Positions 38,239-47,077 of a stretch of DNA of 64,000 nucleotides are shown piece after piece. The position numbers and the translations under genes were made by a program. Every line of letters begins with the position of its first letter. Positions within the stretch are counted from its first letter, which is position 1. The notes under the pieces are model-generated. The model was not told the DNA's origin, did no database searches, and saw only the letters and a list, made by a program, of their open reading frames with translations. Source of the DNA: Candidatus Poribacteria bacterium (GTDB lineage Bacteria > Poribacteria > WGA-4E > WGA-3G); the NCBI GenBank assembly GCA_965214095.1, contig OZ243938.1, forward strand, positions 3,168,001-3,232,000, read 5' to 3'.

Positions 38239-39537
38239 TTATAACTTAATCAGATTCAATGGATTATACATAGATTGCTCAATATCAATTTCTTCTTTTT
38301 CTATCAATTCAATCAATTGCATGGATTTTTCCAAATCTAACATCGCTTCCTTAATCCTGCCGAGATCAGCATTGGCAAGTGCTCTATGTGAGTAAGCCAT
38401 TATATGATTTGGTTCTAACTGTATAACTTTGTCATAGTCTGGAATCGACTCCTTAATCAATCCAAGCTGGTATTTTCCATGACCTCGGTTGAAATATGCA
38501 AAAGAATTATCAGGTTGTAATCGTATTGCTTCCTCAAAATCTTCCATTCCCTCTTCATGGAATTCCAGCTCCATCTTTGCTAACCCTCTCATATTGTAGG
38601 CATCAACATTATCTGGTTGCAGACTAATGGCTATATCAAGATAATCCACTGCATCCTGGTATTCTGACAATTGATACTTTACAAACCCAAGCGTTAGATA
38701 TGCCTCAATGTTATCAGGATCTTGCTTTAATGAGTTCTCGGCAACTTCTATAACATTTTCGTATTCCTCAATCTCTTCCTCGGACAATTCTTCAGATAAA
38801 TCTGGCAATATAGGTAAAACGAGTTCTGAATGCTCCGACGACATCTCATCTCTTATAGCATTAGGTAAAATAATTGTTCCTTCCAATTCAAACGGGTCTT
38901 CTTCTTCTTGATTTAACATCGCTATACATACTTGACGGAATTCACGTGCTTGCTTATTTGTAGGGTCTAACGACAATGCTTTATCGTAGTCGGCGATTGC
39001 CTCTTCATATTCCTCATATTCTTCTTTTAAGCCTCCTCTTAAATAGTATGCATCAGCACATTCAGGCTCTAAACTTATTGCCTTGTTATATTCTGCCAGT
39101 GCTCCGTCATAATCATCATAATCCTCGAAACACCAAGCACGGGTCAAATAGGCTTTAACACATTTTGGATTAAACTGCAATGCCGTGTTACAATCTATCA
39201 TACCATCTTCCACATCCCCAAGTAGGAGATTTGATTCAGCTCGTTTTATATATGCATCGATGTGTTCAGGATTTAATTCAATGACTTTATCAAAATCTTC
39301 TAAAGCATCTAATGCTTCACCTAAAGCCATCTTTGATATGCCGCGAGAATAATATGCCTCAAGATAATCGGGTTTCAGCTGAATGGCACTGGTGAAATCT
39401 TTGATTGCACCACGGTCATTATCACGTTTTGATTTGGCCATTCCTTGTTCGTAATAGTACTCGGGATTTTTGCTTTTAGTAGACGTTTTTTGGATGTTGC
39501 CACTTCTTTTCCGCCTATTCGCTGGTTTTTTCGCCAT
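38239..39537 (-). CDS. Tetratricopeptide repeat protein
   Basis: Multiple AY..RG...A..D...AI.L.P repeats. Confidence 0.9.
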   Translation of the reverse strand: MAKKPANRRKRSGNIQKTSTKSKNPEYYYEQGMAKSKRDNDRGAIKDFTSAIQLKPDYLEAYYSRGISKMALGEALDALEDFDKVIELNPEHIDAYIKRAESNLLLGDVEDGMIDCNTALQFNPKCVKAYLTRAWCFEDYDDYDGALAEYNKAISLEPECADAYYLRGGLKEEYEEYEEAIADYDKALSLDPTNKQAREFRQVCIAMLNQEEEDPFELEGTIILPNAIRDEMSSEHSELVLPILPDLSEELSEEEIEEYENVIEVAENSLKQDPDNIEAYLTLGFVKYQLSEYQDAVDYLDIAISLQPDNVDAYNMRGLAKMELEFHEEGMEDFEEAIRLQPDNSFAYFNRGHGKYQLGLIKESIPDYDKVIQLEPNHIMAYSHRALANADLGRIKEAMLDLEKSMQLIELIEKEEIDIEQSMYNPLNLIKL

Positions 39538-39718
39538 AATGCATGTTTCCTTAATTTTGTTATATACATGAATGTATCAGGATGTTATTTCCTTAACTAT
39601 AATACCACATTTTTCGTTTTAATGCTATAATGTTGAAACTCAATTGAAGAGTTGAGTAACAGTATCTAAATATCTATATTTTTCTTGATATTTTTATGGA
39701 TTTATGGTATACTATTAT

Positions 39719-40306
39719 ATGGCTTATGTATCAGCACGTAAAGCAAGTGAACTGCTGGATTATACCCCCGACCATTTAAGGAAGTTGGCAAATGAAGGAA
39801 AGATTGAATATATCCGCACAGGAGGCGGACACAGACGCTATGATGTTGAAGGATACATCAAAAGCAAATCCCAATCAATTGCAACTGTTTGCTACTGCAG
39901 AGTATCCAGCACGAAGCAAAGAGATGATCTTGAACGACAAGTTGAATATATGCGAAGCATCTACCCCTCAGCAGAAGTTATCAGAGACATCGGGAGTGGT
40001 ATCAACTTCAAAAGGAAAGGGCTTAGAACCTTATTGGAACGGCTTATGCAAGGTGATAAGCTCCAAGTTGTTATTGCCCATCGGGATAGGCTCGCCCGAT
40101 TCGGTATCGACCTTATACAATACCTCATTGAACAAAACGGTGGCGAACTCGTGGTTCTCGATCAAACAGAACACAGTCCGCAAGAAGAACTCACGGCGGA
40201 TCTTCTCGCAATCCTGCACGTCTTCAGTAGCCGGATGCGCGGGCTCCGAAGTTACCGTGACAAAATCAAAGAAGATAAGAGTTTATCCGACAACAGAACA
40301 ACGTGA
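39719..40306 (+). CDS. tnpA: IS607 TnpA serine recombinase
   Basis: N-terminal HTH (RTGGGHRRY), YCRVSS, DIGSG, DRLARFG. TTGATA-17-TATACT lies just upstream of the ATG, so probably leaderless. Confidence 0.93.
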   Translation: MAYVSARKASELLDYTPDHLRKLANEGKIEYIRTGGGHRRYDVEGYIKSKSQSIATVCYCRVSSTKQRDDLERQVEYMRSIYPSAEVIRDIGSGINFKRKGLRTLLERLMQGDKLQVVIAHRDRLARFGIDLIQYLIEQNGGELVVLDQTEHSPQEELTADLLAILHVFSSRMRGLRSYRDKIKEDKSLSDNRTT

Positions 40307-41375
40307 AACACTTCGGCAGTGGTTTGGCACAGCACGTTTCACTTATAATAAAACCGTTGCTTTGTTGGAGGAAACAGACACTAAAGCGAATTGGAAAGCG
40401 ATAAAAACAGGCATTCTTCACGATCTACCTGATTGGAGCAAAGAAACGCCGTATCAGATAAAGTCTATTGCTATCCGAGATGCTTGTATTGCTGTTAGAG
40501 CAGCAAAGCAAAAATGTCAAAAAACAGGTAAGTATCAATCTGTATCTTTCAAATCTAAACGGCATCCCTCAGATAGTATTTTCATGCCAAAATCTGCTAT
40601 AAAACCACGCGGTGTCTATCACACCTTACTTGGTGATCTAAAGATGTCAGAAATGTTGCCTGATAATATCTCTGACTCCCGACTTGTGAAAAAGAATGAC
40701 AAATACTATTTATGTGTATCTTATACTGTGACAACTCCGAAGCGAAAGCCAAACGGAAGTGTTGTTGCTTTAGACCCTGGCGTGAGAACATTCCTCACAT
40801 ATTTTCATGAGCGTGGTTTCGGATGGCTTGGACACCATGCTATTAATCGGATTCAAAGACTTTGTTCATATCTCGATGACCTATTATCTCGTGCAGCTAA
40901 AGCAAATAGACAATCACGCAAGAATATGAGACGTGCTGCAAATAGAATACGCACACGCATAAAAAATCTTGTAGATGAATTGCATCATAAAGTCGCGCGA
41001 TACCTTGTGGATACCTTTGATATTATCTTACTCCCTACATTTGAAACTTCAGATATGGTAATGCGTGGAAAACGCAAACTACGAAAGAGGTCTGCCCGAC
41101 AAATGTTGACGCTCTCTCACTACAGATTCAAACAGTTCCTAAAACATAAAGCGAAAGAAACTGGATCTATCATCGTTGATGTCTGTGAAGCATACACATC
41201 AAAAACAGTTTCTTGGAATGGCGAGATGAGAAAATCACTCGGTGGACGCAAGATAATCAAAGATAGCACAGGACGCAAGATGAACAGAGACTTGAATGGC
41301 GCACGTGGGATATTCCTGCGTGCTTTGGTAGATGAACCCTGGTTACTCTCTATGAGTAACTTGCAAACCGTATAA
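40257..41375 (+). CDS. tnpB: TnpB RNA-guided nuclease, pro-Fanzor type (start uncertain; frame open from 39792)
   Basis: KIRVYP..EQ, ALDPGVRTF, ILLPTF, VCEAYTSKT, NRDLNGARGI. Confidence 0.88.
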   Translation: MTKSKKIRVYPTTEQRETLRQWFGTARFTYNKTVALLEETDTKANWKAIKTGILHDLPDWSKETPYQIKSIAIRDACIAVRAAKQKCQKTGKYQSVSFKSKRHPSDSIFMPKSAIKPRGVYHTLLGDLKMSEMLPDNISDSRLVKKNDKYYLCVSYTVTTPKRKPNGSVVALDPGVRTFLTYFHERGFGWLGHHAINRIQRLCSYLDDLLSRAAKANRQSRKNMRRAANRIRTRIKNLVDELHHKVARYLVDTFDIILLPTFETSDMVMRGKRKLRKRSARQMLTLSHYRFKQFLKHKAKETGSIIVDVCEAYTSKTVSWNGEMRKSLGGRKIIKDSTGRKMNRDLNGARGIFLRALVDEPWLLSMSNLQTV

Positions 41376-41435
41376 GATGTGAAATACATAGTATTGCACG
41401 GATATATACAGGTTAATATCATCGGAGACCTTTGT

Positions 41436-41795
41436 GTGAAATCAACTCTAAATGAATGGCTCAATAACTGCATCAATAAACTTAACACAGGTGAATTAAC
41501 TGAAGTCGACCTTAACGGTGTTATTGATGTCCTAAATACTGAGAAACAAATTATTCTCTACCTCTATTCCAAATCAACCAACTTGCGTTCACCGCTCGGT
41601 GCCTGGGCACTGTACGACCCAACAGCACCAGATGACCCAGTTTTACCTTCACAAGATCCACCCTATGGCTCCGTACTTGATGCAGTTCGCGATGGATGGA
41701 AAATAGTACAATTTCCACGACCAGAACTGTACAGTTTTTCAGATGTTGAAAACGCTTATCTCAATTTTGAATACATCTTAGAAAAAATAATCTGA
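41436..41795 (+). CDS. Hypothetical protein
   Basis: GGAG RBS plus GTG start; PYGSVLDAVRDGWKIVQFP. Confidence 0.6.
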   Translation: MKSTLNEWLNNCINKLNTGELTEVDLNGVIDVLNTEKQIILYLYSKSTNLRSPLGAWALYDPTAPDDPVLPSQDPPYGSVLDAVRDGWKIVQFPRPELYSFSDVENAYLNFEYILEKII

Positions 41796-41806
41796 GGAAT
41801 ACATAT

Positions 41807-42598
41807 ATGTTTAACGTAGAACCAACACTCAATGATGACCAAGTCATGCAGTTTATACATAACGGATATATCACATTGGAAAACATCATTGATGAAGATT
41901 TTAATAAGGAATGTGATGCTATTCAGGGCGGGGGACTCGGTGGATTTGTCCAAACAGATGAATTTCGCAGAAACGTCCTGCTCCATCCAGAAGTTGCAGG
42001 AGTTGTGCGTTCGCTGTTAGGTGAGAACTTTCTTGTGCCAACAAATGCACACCATCACCTCTTTGAAGCACCACACCGTGGACAGACATGGCATTCAGAC
42101 GGTCTCACTGAATATGGATACGGTATTACGCACCTTCAATGCTATTATTATCCGAAAGAGGTAAATATTGAAGATGGTCCCACGATGATCTTGCCGGGTT
42201 CACATTTTCGTCTTGTAGATAGAGAAGCGATTGCACACTATGGAGATATACTCGGACAACTCTCACTTACTGTTCCCGCAGGCACCGTCGCTATGACACG
42301 ATACGGAATTTGGCACAAGGCAGGTCCAAAACTCAACGCAGACAGACGCGGGATGATTAAGTTTTCCTATTTCCGATCAGCAATGCCTAAACGGGATTGG
42401 AAACGTGAGTCCGATGAAATTCCCCATTATCGACATAAAGGGAGGCATCCGTATGTAACTGAGGTGGAATCATATAGAGATGGACAACGAGGTCAATATA
42501 CGTGGAATTGGTTATGCGGGTTGACAGAAGTGGAGGAGGAACTCCCACCCAAGAAAATGTTCAATAGAGGCATCCCGTTATCAGAAATCAGTCTATAG
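41807..42598 (+). CDS. Phytanoyl-CoA dioxygenase (PhyH) family protein
   Basis: F..NGY, WHSD, GPTMILPGSH, IWH. Confidence 0.85.
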   Translation: MFNVEPTLNDDQVMQFIHNGYITLENIIDEDFNKECDAIQGGGLGGFVQTDEFRRNVLLHPEVAGVVRSLLGENFLVPTNAHHHLFEAPHRGQTWHSDGLTEYGYGITHLQCYYYPKEVNIEDGPTMILPGSHFRLVDREAIAHYGDILGQLSLTVPAGTVAMTRYGIWHKAGPKLNADRRGMIKFSYFRSAMPKRDWKRESDEIPHYRHKGRHPYVTEVESYRDGQRGQYTWNWLCGLTEVEEELPPKKMFNRGIPLSEISL

Positions 42599-42616
42599 AT
42601 ACCATAGTGATAATTC

Positions 42617-43222
42617 TCAAGGATTTGACTGATTTTCTTCTATGTCGGTATCTTCATTCTCCAATCTATATGGTGTCTCAAGTACACCAACGATTGACAG
42701 AATAAAACCAATGGCAGTCAAGAACGCACCGTATTTAATAAGAGGATTTAAAGTGTTTGCGATTTCCAGATCTAAATTCAAACTAAATACCACAATCAGA
42801 AAGCAGAAAAGACCTGTCCCAGCATTTATGAGCACTAACGTTCTTGCAAAGGAATGCCAATGACCGGGTCTGTTTAACAAAAGACTAACACCAATCATAA
42901 TTAACGACATGAAAAAAGCAATTGTTATGAAACTGCTGCCATGATCAACATCATTTACCAACTCAATGAACACACTCAACAGTAGAAAAAAGAAGAAAAG
43001 TCCAACAGTTATAATAATAATTCCTAATGCTCTGGAAATAGATCGTATACAGAATATTCCGAAACCAATCAATCCAATGAGTATAATTAAAAGAACTAAG
43101 ATAGAATGGAAACCCCTGATAACAAGGCCTACTCCTTTATAAACCCCAACCCACGGTAAAGCGAAACTGAAAAATGCTAACAACCCACCTGTAAGTGTGA
43201 TAAACCTTGAATACTGTTTCAT
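42617..43222 (-). CDS. Small membrane protein, paralog 1
   Basis: FSFALPW; ..YGAFLTAIGF. Confidence 0.6.
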   Translation of the reverse strand: MKQYSRFITLTGGLLAFFSFALPWVGVYKGVGLVIRGFHSILVLLIILIGLIGFGIFCIRSISRALGIIIITVGLFFFFLLLSVFIELVNDVDHGSSFITIAFFMSLIMIGVSLLLNRPGHWHSFARTLVLINAGTGLFCFLIVVFSLNLDLEIANTLNPLIKYGAFLTAIGFILSIVGVLETPYRLENEDTDIEENQSNP

Positions 43223-43278
43223 GCTTCCTTCCTTTCACAAACTATTCTTGCGTATACTTCTTCGTTTGATTTAAGGCT

Positions 43279-43617
43279 TCACTCTGGTTTAGGGAAAAAC
43301 GTTACACCCGCTATCGTCAGAAAAAAACCGACTATTGTAAGTGTCAAACCGTATTGAATAAAAAGGAGATTACTAAACAACAATATCATAAGGAGAATAA
43401 TACCGATCAAACTACTGAAATAAATAATGATCTTTGATTGCCAAATAAGTAGGCATCCAATTATCATTAGAGTAACCATCAAAGCTAAAGGAATGATGAT
43501 AACACCCTCACCAACAATGAGTTGAAATCCGGATTCGTCATCAACCCACGGAAGACAGAAACAAAAAAATGTGAATAGACTACTACCAAGTAGAAAAAAC
43601 TTTTGAGACATTTTCAT
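43279..43617 (-). CDS. Small membrane protein, paralog 2
   Basis: FCFCLPW; ..YGLTLTIVGF. Confidence 0.55.
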   Translation of the reverse strand: MKMSQKFFLLGSSLFTFFCFCLPWVDDESGFQLIVGEGVIIIPLALMVTLMIIGCLLIWQSKIIIYFSSLIGIILLMILLFSNLLFIQYGLTLTIVGFFLTIAGVTFFPKPE

Positions 43618-43665
43618 TTCCCAGGTCCCTATATAAATCTATTCAACATTAACGCATTTTATATT

Positions 43666-44166
43666 CTATTCGTTTACCACATTAGGAAGGCTGCCTGCAG
43701 GAATGTTCAATGCTCCGATAAATGCAAGTACATACCCGATAATTACACCAAACACGCCAAATTGAAGACTTAATATTTTTCCTATATCCACATCAGGTGC
43801 AAATTCAAGCAATGCCGATCCCATACGAAGATCTGCAATGGTGAACAAAATAAATCCTATAGAAATGTATAAAAATCCAAAACCACTACCAATTAACACC
43901 GTAATTTTGGATTTCCAAGGTGTTTCCTGTTTCAACATGTAAATGCAGACCCCAAGAATCGTCAGTGTTGCGAGGAAGGTTAGCACCTCAAAAGTTGCGC
44001 CATTCCTTACATACCGAAAACCTGAAAATGTAATACTATCTTGCCAATTAATCCCGGGGAAATCTGCACCCAGAGCGGACATATCCACTTTAAACCACGG
44101 AAGAAAGAAGCAAATCAAGGAGAGACTACCACCGACTATAGGTAACGTAAGTGGATTCTGTTTCAT
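43666..44166 (-). CDS. Small membrane protein, paralog 3
   Basis: ICFFLPW; ..FGVFGVIIGY. Confidence 0.6.
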   Translation of the reverse strand: MKQNPLTLPIVGGSLSLICFFLPWFKVDMSALGADFPGINWQDSITFSGFRYVRNGATFEVLTFLATLTILGVCIYMLKQETPWKSKITVLIGSGFGFLYISIGFILFTIADLRMGSALLEFAPDVDIGKILSLQFGVFGVIIGYVLAFIGALNIPAGSLPNVVNE

Positions 44167-44243
44167 ATTGATTTCCTTATATTCTTCCCATTAGATGGTA
44201 TCAAGAGTAGGTAGGTTGTACACCCACCTACTCGTTTTCAAAA

Positions 44244-45041
44244 TTAACGCGCACCACACGCCTGCAGACACGCTTGCATGTGTCCTCTCGACTCTGCAGC
44301 TATTGTGCAGCACTGCTCTAAACTATATTCTTTTGCACCAATGACTTCAAGGTTGAGCGGTCCCGTATATCCATTTTCATGTAGCACACGGATATATCCA
44401 ACAAGGTCTATGTCTCCACGTCCGTTCGCTTGCAATTCAGGAGTACCGGGTCCACGTTGTGTTCCCTTGCAGTCTCGGATATGGACGTGTTTAACTCTTG
44501 ACACAACAGCAGCAATCGCCTCCACAGGATTTTCATCTGCACGGTGTATATGTGATGGATCCATGTCAATACCAAAGGCTGGTGAATCAATCTCTTCCAT
44601 CGCACGCAGTGTTGTCGGTGTGTTGTAGATGCTTGCACCAACATGTGCTTTAACGCATAAAGTAACACCATAATGCTCTGCCCGATCAGATAGGCTTCCC
44701 AAAGAATCAATCACCTCTGGCCACGCATCTTCATTGTCAGATGATCCGCCAGGACCACAGTTAACAATCGGTATACCAATTTCAACAGCAGCTTGAAATG
44801 CCAACTCCATTCTCTCTGCGTCGCGGGACGGTTGCTCCATTGCTAACAACTCAAGCTCATATTCCTTTGACAGACGTTTGATGTCATCTGCAAGTTCTTG
44901 CCAGTTTGCCAGAACAAGATGTTGACTCATACCATCAATAGCTGAAAGTTCAATGCCATCATATCCAGCCATTGCAATGTGCTTAAAGGCGGTTTCCATA
45001 TCGTATCCGCCAAATAGCACGGAATTTGCACCTAATTTCAA
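44244..45041 (-). CDS. Sugar phosphate isomerase/epimerase (xylose-isomerase-like TIM barrel)
   Basis: GYDGIEL, DPSH, HVHIRD, GRGDID, LNLE. Confidence 0.85.
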   Translation of the reverse strand: MKLGANSVLFGGYDMETAFKHIAMAGYDGIELSAIDGMSQHLVLANWQELADDIKRLSKEYELELLAMEQPSRDAERMELAFQAAVEIGIPIVNCGPGGSSDNEDAWPEVIDSLGSLSDRAEHYGVTLCVKAHVGASIYNTPTTLRAMEEIDSPAFGIDMDPSHIHRADENPVEAIAAVVSRVKHVHIRDCKGTQRGPGTPELQANGRGDIDLVGYIRVLHENGYTGPLNLEVIGAKEYSLEQCCTIAAESRGHMQACLQACGAR

Positions 45042-45098
45042 ATTTAGTATCTCCTTCTATAGAAATCCGTGATTGGATGTCTCTTTCAAAATATATCC

Positions 45099-46178
45099 TT
45101 ACAATCCACTCAATGTTGGTAGTGGATGAGGACGCACCAAAATCCCACCTTGTTCATAAGATTCCATCGCTGCCCATGTATATTCAAGAGCAGCAAGTGC
45201 ATCTCTACCAGAGGCGCGTATCTTCTCTTTCGGAACACCGTTTGTGATGTCTTCTAAGAAGGCATGTATCCGTAAGGGAAATGTCTGTCCGAAGTCAGTA
45301 ATACCCGAATCGGTTACCACTGCATCTCCACCTTCAGGAGCACCGGGTGATGGCCAGAATGTCACTTTCTCAATACAGTTTTCAATGCAGAATGTGCCGC
45401 GTGTACCGGCAAGTTCAACACTCCACCATCCACCGAGACCGAAGGTTGCATCCCCACGTTGACTAAGTAGATAACCGATACACCCATTCTCAAAACGTAG
45501 GTGAATGCTGTTGATAGATACCATCAGATCCCCTTCACGACGACGAAAATGCGGACGTTCCATAAAGGCTTGCACATGCGTCACATCGCCACAGAAATGA
45601 CGCATCACACTGAACGGATGTGAGAGAAATGCCTTTACATGAAAATAGGGAAATCCATCAGAACGCGGGGCTTTGGCGTAATTATAGTTGAATTCTCCAC
45701 CAGCAAACCCCATTTTGTGCATGATGTAGACCATCTCACCGATCTGTCCATTGTCAATATATTTTTGTGCTTGCTCAGCAGGAGGAGTGAAATAATGGTT
45801 GAGATTACATGCAAGGTAAAGGTCCTCTTCTGTCGCTTTTGCAACCATTTCACGTGCCTCTCCGATATCGTTAGAGATCGGTTTTTCAACAAGAACGTGC
45901 TTTCCTTTATCCAATGCTTCCATCGTCGGTTCATAGTGCCAACTACCGTTCTCATTTCCACCCGTAGTGACATCAACGATGTCCAAATCGGGTTCTCCAT
46001 CAATCATATCTGCTAACTGATAGTATGCTTTCACACCGAGCCGTTCTGCTGCACTGTCTGCACGCTCTTTCACTATATCGCACACTGCAACGAGGTCTGC
46101 TAAATCATCATTTGCGTGGCAATTCGCATGATTATTTCCAATGCCACTCATGCCAACTACGCCAACTTTTAAAGCCAT
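45099..46178 (-). CDS. Gfo/Idh/MocA oxidoreductase
   Basis: VGVVGMSGIG, AVCD, GKHVLVEKP. Confidence 0.9.
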   Translation of the reverse strand: MALKVGVVGMSGIGNNHANCHANDDLADLVAVCDIVKERADSAAERLGVKAYYQLADMIDGEPDLDIVDVTTGGNENGSWHYEPTMEALDKGKHVLVEKPISNDIGEAREMVAKATEEDLYLACNLNHYFTPPAEQAQKYIDNGQIGEMVYIMHKMGFAGGEFNYNYAKAPRSDGFPYFHVKAFLSHPFSVMRHFCGDVTHVQAFMERPHFRRREGDLMVSINSIHLRFENGCIGYLLSQRGDATFGLGGWWSVELAGTRGTFCIENCIEKVTFWPSPGAPEGGDAVVTDSGITDFGQTFPLRIHAFLEDITNGVPKEKIRASGRDALAALEYTWAAMESYEQGGILVRPHPLPTLSGL

Positions 46179-46360
46179 TATTTTATTCCTTCCAATAGGT
46201 AAATATAGAGTTTTATTCTTCAATTCTATATGGTAAGTTGCCGTTTGTCAACTAATATCTTATTGTTGAGAGGCATTGTGTGATGTCTATTGTGAAAACC
46301 ACTCTAACAAGCTTCATTTAGCATTCATGCCAAAAACCTTACACACCTTTATTTTTAGTT

Positions 46361-46606
46361 CAGGGCTATTTAGTTTTAAGTATTTTCCAGAATAGAGATT
46401 TATTGAAAGTTAATCCTCAAGACGGTAGGTGCGGTTTCCCAACCAATGCAGAATACCACACGCGTATTCTGGCGGAACCTACAAGAATACTGACTATGAA
46501 AGGTTTTAGCACAAATTCGGTGCAGTTAGGAAACCGCACCTACCGTCATGGGAATTTAGCGTATGTGAAAGAAAATACAAGAAAAACCGAAAACTAAATA
46601 ACCCTG
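46361..46606. mobile_element. MITE with CAGGG ends (ISAs1-like) and 9-bp target duplication
   Basis: TIR CAGGG(C/T)TATTTAGTTTT; TTTTTAGTT at 46352-46360 and 46607-46615; internal REP-like hairpins. Confidence 0.8.
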
Positions 46607-46829
46607 TTTTTAGTTTGACATTAAAGTAATTTCAAGTTATATTATAATGTTAAGACATATAATATAATATAATATAATAATATAATCTGTCTTAATATTA
46701 CTACTGTGTCCACTCTTATTTGGCAGGTAAATATCGCGATTCGAAGATCGCTCCTACTGAATATAGCTCTGTCATTGTAGGAGGTAACTCCGATTCCCGA
46801 TTTATTTGTCGATCCGCAATTTTAGTGTA

Positions 46830-47030
46830 GACAGAACACTAGTTGAATTAACGCAGCTAACAACATTAGACCTTTTCGGTAATGATATTACCGACATTAG
46901 TCCGATCAGTGCCTTGGTAAACCTTGGATACTTATTTCTTGGGGAGAATCCTATTACCAACAATGCACCAATTCAGAGTCTACTTGAAGAAAATTCGAAT
47001 GTGCAAATTGATATTGATGTCAGCAATTGA
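46830..47030 (+). pseudogene. Internalin-type LRR gene 3' remnant
   Basis: LTQLTTLDLFGNDITDISPISALVNLGYLFLGENPI with no credible start. Confidence 0.6.
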
Positions 47031-47077
47031 CCGTGATACCAACAGAGGTAGCAAAGATAACAATAGGAAACACTTTA

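Larger units (their letters stand above)
39650..41425 (+). mobile_element. IS607-family insertion sequence (ends approximate)
   Basis: Serine-recombinase tnpA plus tnpB; putative right end ...ATCGG abuts the GGAG RBS of the next gene. Confidence 0.8.

Noticed and set aside
44205-44233. Hairpin as intrinsic terminator for the isomerase gene
   Set aside because: The stem is present but there is no U-tract on the minus strand.
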